DNA of 54,921 nucleotides from a virus (Duplodnaviria; Caudoviricetes): IMG/VR virus record IMGVR_UViG_3300050003_000010, positions 1 to 54,921 of that record; one strand, 5' to 3'. Shown piece by piece: positions 54,328 to 54,921 of this stretch (position 1 is its first letter; each line of letters starts with the position of its first letter). The notes under the pieces were generated by a model. It saw only the letters and a program-made list of their open reading frames with translations, ran no database searches and was not told where the DNA came from. The position numbers and the translations under genes were made by a program.

Positions 54328-54683
54328 CGGTCGGCCTCCTTGGCGAGGCGGAGCGCGGCTTTCACGCGCATCTGCTTGTCGTCGCTGTGGCTGAGGCCGC
54401 CGTGGGCGTGGTCGGCGGCGTCCCAGAGCATTTCGGCGAGGAGGTCGGCGTCGTCGGGGGTGAGGCGGATCTCGCCGATCTCGGCCCCTGCCGCGTCGTT
54501 GACGGGGATGGTCACGGTGCGGGTGTGGCCGGTCGCGGCGACGGATTCGCCCCAGGTGAGGGCGGTGGGTTCGGGCATCGGTGCTCCTGTGCGTCGGGGG
54601 CGGGTGCGGCGGATCCACGCGAGGGGGCTGCGTGTGGGGGCGCGTATGCCGTCGGCGTCGTCCCAGGCGATGGACTCGCTCAC
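54324..54683 (-). CDS. Hypothetical protein
   Basis: GTGA overlaps. Confidence 0.6.
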   Translation of the reverse strand: MSESIAWDDADGIRAPTRSPLAWIRRTRPRRTGAPMPEPTALTWGESVAATGHTRTVTIPVNDAAGAEIGEIRLTPDDADLLAEMLWDAADHAHGGLSHSDDKQMRVKAALRLAKEADR

Positions 54684-54883
54684 CGCGGGGCGTCCTCGCC
54701 GATGAAGCGCGCCCGGGTGTGGGTGGCGAGGTGGGCGAGGGCGTCCGCGAGGGCGGCGGGTTGGGTGGGGGCGGCGCCGAGGGTGATGCAGGGCCGGCAG
54801 CCCCAGGACCAGGCGACGGACGGGTGAGGGTGCTCGGGGTCTCGGGTGCGGCGGACGCGAAGTGGCGGCCGGGGCTGGGTCAT
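54680..54883 (-). CDS. Small hypothetical protein (CRPC...H..TH)
   Basis: AGGAG RBS; partly duplicated in the terminal overlap. Confidence 0.6.
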   Translation of the reverse strand: MTQPRPPLRVRRTRDPEHPHPSVAWSWGCRPCITLGAAPTQPAALADALAHLATHTRARFIGEDAPR

Positions 54884-54921
54884 GTCGCTCCTGGTGGTGG
54901 TTACGGTCGGGGCGGGCGTCC
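54790..54921. repeat. Terminal direct repeat copy 2
   Basis: 131/132 identical to 1-132. Confidence 0.95.

Larger units (their letters stand above)
1..54921. mobile_element. Complete circular temperate actinophage genome (siphovirus morphotype), excised/attP form
   Basis: Terminal overlap; full set of integrase, repressor, replication, terminase, portal, capsid, tail, tape measure and lysis genes; no host housekeeping genes; no sheath gene seen. Confidence 0.95.

Noticed and set aside
54790-54921. 132-bp terminal repeat as a biological DTR or att duplication
   Set aside because: It cuts through an ordinary early gene far from terS and int; best explained as assembly overlap of a circular or circularly permuted genome.

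Overview
The window is an apparently complete, circular genome of a temperate siphovirus infecting a high-GC filamentous actinomycete (Streptomyces-like; genus not determinable by eye). Bases 1-132 are repeated at 54790-54921 with one mismatch. Almost all genes are on the minus strand in one long run. It starts at the Cro-like gene (15712) and passes excisionase, antirepressor, Bet recombinase, WhiB, HNH, a replication initiator with internal iterons and many small genes. It crosses the junction into a membrane-protein operon (48-51.5 kb), a collagen fibre pair, terminase, portal, head, tail and lysis genes, ending at 24829. The repressor and tyrosine integrase are on the plus strand, followed by an intact attP whose core is the 3' end of an RNase P RNA gene (rnpB). 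Between attP and the lysis genes is an accessory block: GntR/UTRA regulator, degenerate HATPase, XRE-TPR regulator plus pterin dehydratase, a RelE-type toxin-antitoxin pair whose toxin carries a TTA codon, and a DUF6978/DUF1828-like pair. The strongest novelty candidates are (1) integration into rnpB and (2) a four-gene membrane operon in which two putative DNA-binding membrane proteins each carry a dense cluster of short DNA repeats inside their own coding sequence, reminiscent of plasmid spd/clt spreading modules. Family assignments come from motif recognition by eye, not database searches, and start codons were re-chosen from RBS and overlap patterns.
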